A stretch of 60,425 nucleotides of DNA, counting the filler, from Dirinaria sp. TL-2023a (lineage: Eukaryota): the NCBI GenBank assembly GCA_051941275.1. It is 11 parts of 11 records of this genome, joined end to end, with 100 filler letters (N's around TTAATTAATTAA, not from the genome) between each part and the next. Parts side by side here need not be neighbours in the genome. Positions count along the whole stretch, not along the records: positions 22,046 to 27,455 come from JAVEBF010001671.1; positions 27,556 to 32,963 come from JAVEBF010001672.1; positions 33,064 to 38,464 come from JAVEBF010001673.1; 8 more parts are not named here. The stretch is one strand, 5' to 3'. Each line of letters starts with the position of its first letter. Position 1 is the first letter of the stretch. Positions 24,590 through 36,400 of this stretch are shown one piece after another. The notes under the pieces are model-generated. The model was not told the DNA's origin, did not search any database, and worked only from the letters and a program-made list of their open reading frames with translations. The translations under genes and the position numbers were made by a program.

Positions 24590-25262
24590 GCATCTCCACG
24601 AAGAAGTCATTCTTCGAGAATTATGATTTATAGTTTTTTCGTCAAGGCGTATGTCGTATACAAACGGGGGAGGGACATCTGGAAATTGTGTTTCAGACGG
24701 AGAAGGGGATAGTGATGACGGTACTACGTTTTAGAGCATATGTCGTATTGCTTATAAAGCTTTCTAGTCACAATGTTGGCCAAGTTGAAAGCACCATATG
24801 AGGTATTCAAGTGGTTTGTAAACGATGTTCAATTTCACAATCCATTTAAGCATCTGAAGCCAAGCATAGAAAAAGGGGTCCAATCAAAGCCCAGCCCCTG
24901 CATGACGTTATCCGGATCCGAAGCCTTTATCGATAGCGCGCCTCTTTCGACCAATGAAATGACTCAACACTAGGCTTGGCGATATCTCTTCCAAGACTGG
25001 GCGAGCTCGTCTCTCGTCCATACGACCCTTGCTTGTCTTCCAACTCGAATTCATGTCGACACCCAGCAGCTGAACCCTCGCCACCCACACAAATAAGAAT
25101 TGAGAAGAGTATATCACCTTATCGCTGCCCTTGTAGAATCATCCTGACTTGAAATCAACAACGTTGTGCGTGCATCAAGATTTCATCCGAGTCCTCTCGT
25201 AGACTTCCAAGGCTCTTCCCTCGCACGACCACGACTCAGAAAATGCGCTCATCACCATCTCA

Positions 25263-26935
25263 ATGACTACCGCATACAATCCTTTCGCGCCGCAAATGGT
25301 TTCACACCCGCATCCCCCTCCTCCATATAGCCTTTCCTCCACCTCCACCCTGACTCTCCAACCACCTCCACGTCGGCCTTCATCCATCTCCTCACGCAGC
25401 ACCACGCATTCGTACTCCCGGCGCCATGGCCACCGTAGCAGTCGCTCTCACCATGGCGGCAGCACCTCGCACCGACCGCAGAACGAGTTCCCCAACTTTG
25501 CACAAACCGGCGACGTCGAGATTGTGCTCAGTGTCGCTGGGGAGGAGCGACGGTACATGCTCCACCGATTGATACTATCGCAGTGTTCAACGGTGCTGGA
25601 GAGGGGCATGAGTTCGGAGTGGGCGGGCGCGACGTCGAGAAATAGTGCACAGCAGGGTTCACTGGGGCGGATTAGGGAGGAGGATGAGGGAAGGCATTCC
25701 ATGGGGCAGAGACCCATTTGGAGATATGAGCTTGACTGGGGTGGAGAGGAAGGGGAAGTACCGATATTAGTGCAGAAGGTATACCCTACGTTTACAATGC
25801 TAGAAACGCACTGCTAATAGAAAGTACTTAGTCTCCCTCTTCGTCAGCGCACCAACCTCTGCCTCCACCACCAGTTCCCAACCGTCCACCTCCGACCTCA
25901 AACCTCCCCTTTCGCTCCATGGCCAATCTCCCAGCAATGCATTCCACCATCTCTATTCCCCAGCAAGCTCCTCAGTCGAGTCGAGACTCGAGCATCCTGC
26001 AAGACTACGACAACCTCCTGCGCATCTTCTATAACCACGCACCTGTACTCGACTCCCTGAACATTGCGACCACCTACCTCCAGTGCAAATCCTTGCTCCA
26101 CCTGGCCGACATGTACGACGCGCTCGAAGTCGTCGGGCCACGGATCGATCATCACCTCCTGCAATTCCAATCCCGCCTCTGGAAACAGATCGCCAAATAC
26201 CCCCCATCCTACCTGAAGCTCGGCTATCTAGCGCGAAGCAAAGCCATCTTCCAAGAAGCGCTCTGCCACGTCGTGGGCCAGTGGCCCAGCGGGTCGCGAC
26301 AGCTGAGCCACAACAGTGTGCCCGAGGCAGTCCTGGATCTGATCGAGGACAAGGTGGACGAGCTCGCGGACTCGAAGGCGGAGGTGGAAATGCGGCTCTG
26401 GCGCCTCAACCTGTTCAATTCTCGCGGCGAGCGCGTCGGGCCCGCGAACGCGTACGTGGATTGGTTGGCGCTGAGTTTCTTCCGGCAGTATCTGGGCGAG
26501 AACCTCTGCCCCTCGCCTCCGCGGCCAGCTGCAGCACCAGCCCCACCAAACGGGCAATCATCGAATCGCCGCCGCGGCCCTCCGCCCCAACAACAACAGC
26601 CTACATCCACTCCCTCATCACCATCATCGAGCCCCACTTCCTCATTCTACCGCAACCTCTTCGCCGGCGGGCAGAGCTATCTGCCCCACGAGGAATGCAA
26701 GAAATTCATCCGCCTCGCACCTGTGCCGGACCGGGAATCCTCGAGCTCGACGCGCGAGATCCTGAAACGGTTCGAGCGCAAACTCGACGAGCTGAAAGGG
26801 CTGGCGCGAGAGGTCGTGAGGCCGCTGATGCGCAGCTGCCTCGAACTCGAGCTGGGGGGCAGCAGCAGTAGTGCGGCCGGGTTGGGGTATTTGACGTGTA
26901 CGAGGATTGACGAGGAGGATTTTCCGTGGGATTGA
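25263..26935 (+). CDS. Fungal BTB/POZ-like domain protein; exons 25263-25778 and 25832-26935
   Basis: GDVEIVL...YMLHRLILSQCS, then YDNLLRIFYN, LLHLADMYDAL and IFQEALCHVVGQW. A 53-nt intron keeps the frame. Confidence 0.8.
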
Positions 26936-27455
26936 ACTTGAATGGGGGAACACTTTTCTTCGATTTTGAGTAAAAGAGGGGGGGCGGGGATTTTTTTTTT
27001 TTTTTCGATTCTTAATCAATGAGTGACCCTGGAACGAGATTTTCACATCTGAATGCCGCATAATCAATCAAAAGCCAGAAGCCAGAAGCCAGGCAACGGC
27101 TTCTTTCTCCGTGATCTGAAAACCATAATGCCGGTTTTTTTTTTTTTTTTTTTTGTCGCATGTCTTTTTCTTTTCTTGCACTTCCGCTCCTCAAACCCCT
27201 TTTCAAATCAACTCTCCTCGCCTCTCATCCATCCATCCACCTACCTGGTAACAATAACAAGAACAACAATAAAGAAAAATCGATATTAAAACCCTGCATC
27301 CGCCCCCCGCCATCTATCTATCTATCTTTTAATAAAAATAAGATCAGAAATCGTTTTTTTTTTTCGGTGTTGGGGGGTGGGAGGATTGTATATACGCTCG
27401 AAAACTCCTTTCTCTCTTTTGTTTCGCCTTTTTTTTTTTGAGGGTTGTAGTAGGG

Positions 27456-27555
27456 NNNNNNNNNNNNNNNNNNNNNNNNNNNNNNNNNNNNNNNNNNNNT
27501 TAATTAATTAANNNNNNNNNNNNNNNNNNNNNNNNNNNNNNNNNNNNNNNNNNNN
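27456..27555. other. Artificial contig spacer
   Basis: N44-TTAATTAATTAA-N44. Confidence 0.99.
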
Positions 27556-28809
27556 CACCAAAGTAACAGGATGAAAACGTGGACGTTATATCATACCAAA
27601 TGTGGTAGAAAATCTTAACCCGAAACCGTGAACTTACATCCATACAGTATACTTACGAAAAAAAGAAAAACCTAAATCTGCCGTCCTTATCGAGACTGCT
27701 TTCGATAAAACGGAAGGTGTAATAAGACCATATAAGCAGGAATCAACAAGCTCCTTTCCTTGTACATCTATCTTATCATATTCAATGACAACCCAAGACC
27801 ATCTTCCCTTCCAAAAAAGAATGGTTAAATTTTCTCGTCACTGTTATTAATGCATGTAATCACCTTTCAGGGCTGCGTGAACACGGTACGTGAGAAGGAT
27901 CAGGGGCGGGTCGTTTTTGAAGGATCGTAGGCGTGATCCCCTGAAGAGGATGCGGTGCATGTAGAATGAAGTGCTGCGATGGCAACACGCTTTTGGGATG
28001 GATGGATGGATATCGTTGGAAGGGGTAAGAGGGATATGATGGGCTCAGTACAGTGGCCTGGCTTTTTATTGGCGTAGATCGTTGAAGTAGAATTTGATAA
28101 ACTGGGGAGGGAAGGAGGCTATGCAGAGCTGCTGGATAGTGGATGAATTAAGTGGTCTATGAGAAAGAGGGAACTATAGTTTGAAAGGACTTAGGTTTGG
28201 GGCTTTGCTAGGCGGTGACTAGGGATGTCGTATATGAGGTTTGGGGGTGTGTTTGGAAGGATGATGTGGTTTCCCCTGACTTAGACAGGGTTTCATGCTG
28301 TGCTTTCCCGCTGTACCTAGGAACTCTGTGAACAAAAAGCCAGGTAATAATTGTTTTCTAATGGATTGACTGATTGGTTTTATTCCAGAGGGATAATATG
28401 GATGGGGGTGACGCACATCAGGTCTTTTCCTAGGAGCTTGGTTGCTTCATTATCTGCGTTTGTTGGCAACTTTACAGAGGGTTTCTTGGGTTTTTCCTGG
28501 AGGAATCTATGTACCAGAGGAGCCAACGTTGCTGGAACTTCTACAGTGTTTATCAGGTGGCGCGTGGACTTGTTATATCAATGCTAACTTTTTAGGCGTT
28601 GGAGCGGAAACTTCATTGGACGTCGAACCTAACATGGCTCCTTCCTTGATTGCTAAGCCGCGGTAGTCAATGCACAACTAGCATTGATTTCAAAATCGAT
28701 GCTTCGTATAAAGGTCGAGGTACGAGGCTGAGATTACGGCGCTGATAGGATCCCCTCCCACGTACATTCATGATAAAACTTAGACAGTAGCCCCTGGGCG
28801 GGTAAAACC

Positions 28810-30138
28810 TCATGCAGTTATCTCTACATTTATCTTTCCATTCTTACCTGCGTTCGCAAATAGTCAGCTCTGCCTCAAACGCGGTTATAGTCGTCCATGA
28901 CCACGAAGGAGTAGTAAAGTGGACCAAATTTTGGAAAGCATACTGGCAGAGGTGCAGACAGAGCTTACCAATAGAATCAACGCTACCAATCATAACGTGC
29001 TGGACACACAGTGTGTTTATTGCTACAGCGGCTCCCCAGACGTCCCTTGGTCTTGCTTCTTCGAATCTTACCCTCGGCGGCTGCATGGATACTGTGATCC
29101 GGCATTGGTGGGAGGCTACCACGACTTAGCGGTTTGTTATATCATAACGAAATCATGAGCAATCAACTCGGCTGAGATAGGTTTGGATTGCAATCCGGCG
29201 CAGAAGATTCTCGACAGGTCAGAAACGCATGTATGTAGAGCATATCGAACTAGAAACGTTCGATGTGTTGGGCAGCAATGCATGGTCTCGACAAAGGCAG
29301 AAGAGTAAGAACTCACCGTCTTCATAAACCTTCGGCAAACGATAGTAGGCGGCCCCACCTCCTACAGGTACGTAATCTTGTTCTCCCCACTTTCTTACCT
29401 CCCCACTGCTCGGTACAAGCTGCAGTGCGTTGTCACAGGCTTTAAGAAGAGGCGCGCCATCCGGCGATAGCTCACATTCCACTCGTGGTTCGTATGGCCG
29501 TATGACGACCACAATCTCTTCATTTTGCGCTACTCCGTCGTTGTCAGTACAGATATGTCCTATTTTCAGCGCACACAGCAATTGTATGATCGTTGTAGTT
29601 GGCACAGATGAAACGCCGAAGAAGGACTATGCAAGAGGTTACACATACAGTAATCTTTCATAGCGCCTCCTTGCCCTAAGAATTTCACACAATCATCTAT
29701 CAACTCGTCTGCCCTCTCACTTAGACCTAGTCCGGTGGTCACATCCCACCCCAGTGACGTACGGTCTCGTTTCATCGAGAGCGTAATGTCGATTGCGCAG
29801 AATCCATCATCACTCAAATAACGGATTGGAGCAATGAAGTCCTTTGGACCTCGATAGTTATGTGCGCCGTATTTTATTCGATCAGTCGTACGTGGGATCT
29901 TAGTCCATGCGTTGCGACAGCTGTGGAAGTTTACATCATGGCCATATACAATACTCGAGCATATAGCAATACCGGGCTTGAGATTCATTGTCAAATTGGT
30001 CGAAGTACTGGAGTCATTAAGCACCTTGTTCATAATGTTGTTTGGAGAGGTGATATTGGCTCCGAACGAGATACGGGACAGGATTAAGAAATAGATTGCA
30101 GGAACTAGAGGATTTCGCAACAATGAGCAATTGACCAT
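28810..30138 (-). CDS. Secreted protein with two tandem 4-Cys domains (effector-like), 295 aa; exons 30138-29649, 29529-29317, 29115-28969, 28847-28810
   Basis: Hydrophobic leader (LVPAIYFLILSRISFG) and N-glycosylation sequons. Three canonical introns give 888 nt in frame. The two halves share the pattern C..xC.NA...IP/VP...P..Y....C.I.(I/V)....C(V)...G. Confidence 0.75.
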
Positions 30139-31035
30139 TTTCAAGGCAGTCTTGAAACCGACAAGAGAAATATTATTCATCGTGATACAAATGTGGGGCT
30201 TTGAACTGATGCAGTCTTTGTGTATAGCTAGGATATCATAAAGCACCGAAGCGTCTCTGAAGCGATCATTGTTAAAATAAGCGCCTTTGAAAGAGCCGTC
30301 AGCAAAGGCGCGGCAGAACAATCCTCACATTTCAGAGGAAGGGATATGACCGCTCTGCCGCTGCGCTGCAACCGTCAAGCTTGCAGTTATCTGTGGCCTA
30401 TGAGAACGTTTAGACTCACACCTTTTGGATTGACGGCACTGGCTTCCATGTTAGTCCATCTCAAGACCATGGACGGCAGCATCATGCGAGCATACCAAAT
30501 TACATTTAAAGTGTGGTCCACCGACTCACCGAGTGAATACACTCCAGAATTGGAAAGTATAGGATTACTGTGTTATGCGCGATGTAAAACGGATTATCAC
30601 ATGGCGCTAGGGAGCAGACCAAGGATAGCTGCTGATGTAAATTCTGGATAGTCTCATTCTCATAGTTCAGAAATGTACAGCTATGGTTCCCAATTTTATA
30701 ATGGGTCGTAGCCATATATCGGACGAGCGCCAGTATGCCTTATCCGTAGTATAAGAGGGTACGTAGAATTTAGAATTGATGGCTGAGGTCACGCATTTTT
30801 GGATCTGAAACAATGCATGTCGTTCAAGCGACATATTCAATGCCAGCGGGATCAAAGTAGAATAGCTCCAAAAGCGCACAACGCCAGTTGCGATATAGTA
30901 CATAAGATAGAAGTAGGATCTATCCATCAACCGCATAAGAGTAAATTACTTATGCTTCGCAAGCACCGAGAGTTCCGGGCTAGCAAAAGCACGTGATCCG
31001 GACTCGCTTTCGGCCCGAATTATAGGGGCGCCGAA

Positions 31036-31070
31036 ACGCGTTAAAACGCGTCGATCAAGCAAAGACGCGT
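31036..31070. promoter_or_regulatory. Three MluI cell-cycle boxes (MCB, ACGCGT) upstream of MCM5
   Basis: ACGCGT at 31036-31041, 31046-31051 and 31065-31070, 85-120 bp before the MCM5 ATG. Confidence 0.85.
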
Positions 31071-31154
31071 AAAGTGCTCGCATCAACTTACTTTCGACTT
31101 CCTGTACATTATTCACTTCAAGTCGGATAGCTACAATCGGCATCGAACGCAGTC

Positions 31155-32963
31155 ATGGATCAACAATCAGTGTACTCTTTGAGCGTGCTTCCACCAGATC
31201 CAGATGAGAGCGAGGATTCTCGCACGCAGATCCAAGCGCAATTGCGGGACTTTATCCTTGAATTCCGGCTTGACAATGCTTTCATATACAGGTAGGCATA
31301 TGCGCTTTTCTATAGTGATCTTCCTAATGCGCGATGTCATAGAGACCAGATACGGGAAAACGTCCTTGTCAAGCAGTACTACTGCGATGTCGATGTTGCG
31401 CACTTGATATCTTATAATGAGGAGTTGGCACATAAGCTCACGACCCAGCCGACCGATATAATCCCTTTGGTATGGTCGCTTACCTATGCATGGAGAAGTG
31501 GGCTAATACGACCAAGTTCGAGTCGGCGCTCAAGCAGTGTACCAATCGAATAGTCTACCCCTCGAAGAAGCCAGACGACATTCGCCTGCCTGAGCACCAA
31601 CTTCTTCTCCACTCTTCCGTCTCCCAGATTTCTATTCGCGATCTCGATGCGACAAACGTTTCACACCTCGTCCGTATACCTGGTATCGTTATTGGTGCAT
31701 CTACCCTCTCTTCCAAGGCTACAGTCCTGCAAATACAGTGCCGGAACTGCCAGCAGATCGACATGCTGCCAGTAAGTGGAGGGATTACGGGGATTAGTCT
31801 TCCACGAGTATGCTCGCGGAAAAGGACCGAAGGAGACTCGACGGACAAATGCCCGCTCGATCCCTACTTCGTGGTGCATGAGAAATGCCAGTTCATCGAT
31901 CAGCAGATACTTAAGCTTCAAGAGGCGCCAGACCAGGTGCCTGTTGGGGAGTTACCACGCCATATTAAGATCTCTGCAGACCGATACCTAGCCAATCGAG
32001 TAGTACCTGGATCAAGATGTACGATTATGGGTGTTTTCTCAATCTATCAGAACAAGGAGTCGAAAGGGTCTGGTAATAATGCAGTAGCTATTCGAACGCC
32101 ATACCTTCGCGCTGTAGGCATAATGACGGACGTTGATCATACAGCCAAGGGCAACGCAGTCTTTACGGAAGAGGAGGAGCAAGAGTTCCTTGAAATGAGT
32201 AGGCGGCCGGATCTATACGATGTCTTTGCTCGCTGCATAGCGCCGTCGATTTACGGAAATGCCGATATCAAGAAAGCAATCGCTTGCCTTCTGATGGGAG
32301 GCTCGAAAAAAATACTGCCGGACGGAATGAAACTGCGCGGAGACATCAACGTGCTATTGCTCGGGGACCCTGGTACTGCGAAGTCCCAGCTTCTGAAATT
32401 CGTGGAAAAAGTCGCTCCCATTGCTATCTACACATCCGGTAAGGGCTCGTCGGCAGCTGGTCTAACGGCCTCCGTCCAGCGAGACACCAATACTCGCGAA
32501 TTCTATCTCGAAGGAGGAGCCATGGTGCTCGCGGACGGGGGTGTGGTCTGCATCGACGAATTCGACAAGATGCGCGAAGAAGACCGGGTCGCGATCCACG
32601 AAGCCATGGAGCAGCAAACCATTTCCATCGCCAAAGCGGGCATCACCACGATCCTCAACGCCCGCTCATCGGTCCTCGCGGCCGCAAATCCCATCTTCGG
32701 CCGCTACGACGACATGAAGACGCCCGGCGAAAACATCGACTTCCAAACCACCATCCTCTCGCGGTTCGACATGATTTTCATCGTGCGCGACGAGCACGAA
32801 GTAGGCCGCGACGAGCGCATCGCCCGGCACGTAATGGGGATCCAAATGGGTGGGCGAGGCCTGGAAGAGCAAATCGAAGCAGAAATCCCAGTCGAGAAGA
32901 TGAAGCGGTATATCAGCTACTGTAAATCGTAAGTCACTTATCTATCCCTGTCCCATGCAATCT
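31155..32963 (+). CDS. MCM5: DNA replication licensing factor MCM5 (CDC46), multi-exon, 3'-truncated at contig end
   Basis: [14 protein letters not shown], Zn-finger CRNC/C/CPLDPY, Walker [17 protein letters not shown], arginine finger [25 protein letters not shown] and [16 protein letters not shown] are MCM5-type. Confidence 0.96.
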
Positions 32964-33063
32964 NNNNNNNNNNNNNNNNNNNNNNNNNNNNNNNNNNNNN
33001 NNNNNNNTTAATTAATTAANNNNNNNNNNNNNNNNNNNNNNNNNNNNNNNNNNNNNNNNNNNN
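32964..33063. other. Artificial contig spacer
   Basis: N44-TTAATTAATTAA-N44. Confidence 0.99.
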
Positions 33064-33484
33064 CCGCAAAGTTTGACATACTATAACCGCCTGTTCCAAT
33101 TATATCGCAGTCAAATCTTGAAGTCATCATTTTACTCGTTGGTCCATTCCCATAACTACTTCTCATTATAGGATGAAAAACATGACATCTGATATGTCGT
33201 TGCATACGCTAAATCTCCTCGAATGAGTATACAGGAATACAACGCTCTATCAGTAACGTCTAGAGCAGACGGAGTTACACTAGATGATTGCTTTTATAGT
33301 TTTAAAATGCTTATACCTCCCGGAACTCGCTAGCCAACCTTGTGCACCTCTAGTCAGTATCGATAAATGGCCCTTCTAGCTCAGCAGACCCAGACGCCAG
33401 TCGCTATGCATCCAATACTCCAAACCACCCAATACCAGGCCCGATGCGCGTTGGGAAAACCTGCTACTCTCTACCCATAGCAGA

Positions 33485-36400
33485 TCATGGTTTACTTTTC
33501 CGCCCAGCCCTTGTCCCTTTCCTACCTTTCTTCGCTTTCTTCGACGCCGTGTACTCCTGACTACTGCCCTCATCGGAGCCCGAACCCGAAGCGTTCACTG
33601 GCGCTGTCCTCTTCTTCGACGCCCTTGATTTGCGGCTCGGTCCTGACTCTGCGATTCCATCTGGCGAAATCGCATCTCTCTGTCCATTTGCACCTTCATC
33701 CGCTGCTTCCGCCACTTCGCCATCATCAAGCGTTGATTCCCTCGCCCTGGCGTGCAATCGTCCCAAGGCATTTGCCATCCTCTGACTCTTCTCAATCCTC
33801 CTTCTGGGTGCATAGGCCTCCTTCTCACTCGTTCTAGTTGCACCCACTCCGACTGCGCCGCCGAAGAACTGCGTTATGTTTGCTTGTGTTCCCTCATTCT
33901 CTCTCCTATTCATGTCTTTCACGACAGGTACCAGCACTTCATCGGTGCGCTCTTGACTCCAGCCTATCGTAGCCATAAGGAAACTTCGCAGCGCGTCGAG
34001 ATCAGGAACGCCCCACGCAAAGGGAGAAGGGTCGTGGTCGACTTCTGGATGTTGGTAAGCATGATTGACCCGTTTATCCGGAAAGCCGTTAGGCAGAAAG
34101 ATTTTCGTCGCGTTCTTCCGAAACTTCCGCCGAAAAGGGGAGGCTCTGTCCTCCGCGGTGGCGGGCTGGCCGAGCGAAACGGTTTCCCACCAGCTGGAGA
34201 AGTTTTCAAGAGTCTCGAATTCGGAGAGGATCTCTAGCGCAGTGACTGGCCCAACGTTTGGGAGCCCTTCGGTGTAGTCGCTACCTAGAAGGTGTGCAAT
34301 GTCGATGAGCTTAGGCCGTGTGAGAGAGTACTCTTTCTCAAGGTCAGAGGCGAGGTAGCATTCTACAAATTTAGCCTGGTTGAACATGTTTTTGTAAACC
34401 CTCGTTCCACCAAATAAGAAAACGTCGGAATCGTCTGTTACAATGCCATCAACTAGTCCAAGACTAACGAGCTCGGCGCACTGCGCTTCCGCTTCCATAG
34501 GTGCAGTAACATAGGGTAGCCCGAACAGTTTGAGCAATTGTTGGCATTCCGTAACCATAATATGGGAAACTTCATCTGCATCGCGGCGATCTTTCTTTTG
34601 TTGGTTGCGCAGTTGGCGGAGTTCTTTCTCGTAGTCTTCCGCAGATTGAAGGTGGGACATGGGGTTGAGGGTGGCGGAAAAGCGAGCATGCTCTTCTGCT
34701 TCCGTGGCAAGCTGCCGCATAAGATCTTCTTCGTCAGGATCGGAGTAAATGTCATCTTCATCTGGAGGTGCGGCGCTTTCAAATGTTCCTTCATTTGGCA
34801 AAGAGGGCTCGTTAGATGGGTCGAAGGTGGTTGCTTCAGGTGTTGCTGGTTGGCTAGGAGGGATAGAAGTGACATGAGGCCCAACATCTTCAAATTCGGG
34901 GGATGGCGATGATGAGAGTCGACTTTTTATAGACCCTCCAACAGGCTTCTCCGCACTGACTTTGGGGTCACTTCTCGTCGAATGATCTTCGTGGTCACTT
35001 TCTTCCCACTCAAGAGGCTCGTCACTATCAGAGGCAACATGGCTAGACTGCTTGGATACCTCGAGCTGCTTGCCTAAATCTGTAGCTTCTGGGCGAAAAT
35101 TGCTTGAGAAAGGCCCCGAACTCGGTGGCTCGACCCTCGTCAGGTCTGCAACATCTCCCATTCGTACTTCGGAATCAATAGGAACAACATCGCCCATTTG
35201 CATATCATCTCCAGCTTCATCATCAGACGATTCGACTTCAATGACTTCTTGACTACCTTTTGGAGCTTCAAGGTCAATAACCTCACCAGTCTGCTGTTTT
35301 TTCAATGTTTGATGACCGACATGATTCGAAGCCTCCTGCGATGACTCAGGCGTTTTATTTTGATCCTCTTCGAACAGCTTCTGGGCTGCGCTCTCCACTC
35401 GTATATCGCCAGAAAACCACGGTGGTAGGGGCTTCGCATCATTCTTTGTCTCTTGATTCTTCTCAAAACCGCCTGCTTCTACTTCTTGCCTTTTTTTGCT
35501 CTTTGCAAATATCGACTTACCAAGATTCAGTGATTCGAACGGCAAAGGACCGCCAAAGCCCCCAGACTTCGGGGTCGGCCTAGAAGGGGACGAAACTTTT
35601 GCGGCTGGGATATCTTCTTTGGACGTAGCCACATCTAAGTCAGACTCATTACGTGTTTTCTTTAGACCAAAAACTCGTGGCCCATTAAGAGGTTCGGTGG
35701 GTTCTACCGGTGAATGCCCATCGGCAGCTTGCGAAACTTCTGGATTGCGAAAGTCATATTGAGCTTTGGCATTGAACCGATGAGCGAAATCACGACCAAC
35801 ATTGGCATTCTTCTGGTTGAATTCTAGTGGCTCGTTGATCGAGGGTCCATTGTAGGCATACTCTCCGGTTACTTCAACATCGTCATGTCCGTCATCACAG
35901 GTGGGCGATTCCAAGGACATAGTAATGGCTCGTTGCAGATCTTCATCTTCATCGTCTTCGGCAGCAAACGGTATCACATCCTCGAATAATGCATCCATAT
36001 TCTCATGTTCCTCGTCCGAAGCCGCCTGCTCAGGCTCATGAGGGATAAATAAAGACTCGGATTCATCCTCCCTAGGCGATGCGACCGGCGGCTTCTTTCC
36101 TGCTCCTTGCTGGCGCGCCTCGTATAAAGCTCTTCGCCGGTCCAGGATGTCTTCGCCCGCAGATGCTACCACCGATGCACCTTTGGAACGTTTTGGAAGG
36201 CGATTGAGCCCCTCAATTGGGACGTCCTCAAAGCCTTCGTCCTCTGGTTCGTCCTCGGCTTGTTGCGAAGCGGGATCCTGGTCAAGCTGTTCGACATCAA
36301 TAGGCCTGCTGCGTTCACCCTCTCCCTTATTGCTAACTACACCAAGCGCCCATCCGCCTTCGACACCGTCATTCTTAACCAAAACATATTCCTTTCCTTT

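Noticed and set aside
27436..27455. TGAGGGTTGTAGTAGGG at a contig end as a telomere
   Set aside because: No tandem TTAGGG array.
28726..28760. GCTGAGATTA resembling the start of a fungal TPP riboswitch
   Set aside because: The downstream conserved core (TGATCTGGATAATACCAGCGAAAG-like) is absent and no thiamine gene is nearby.
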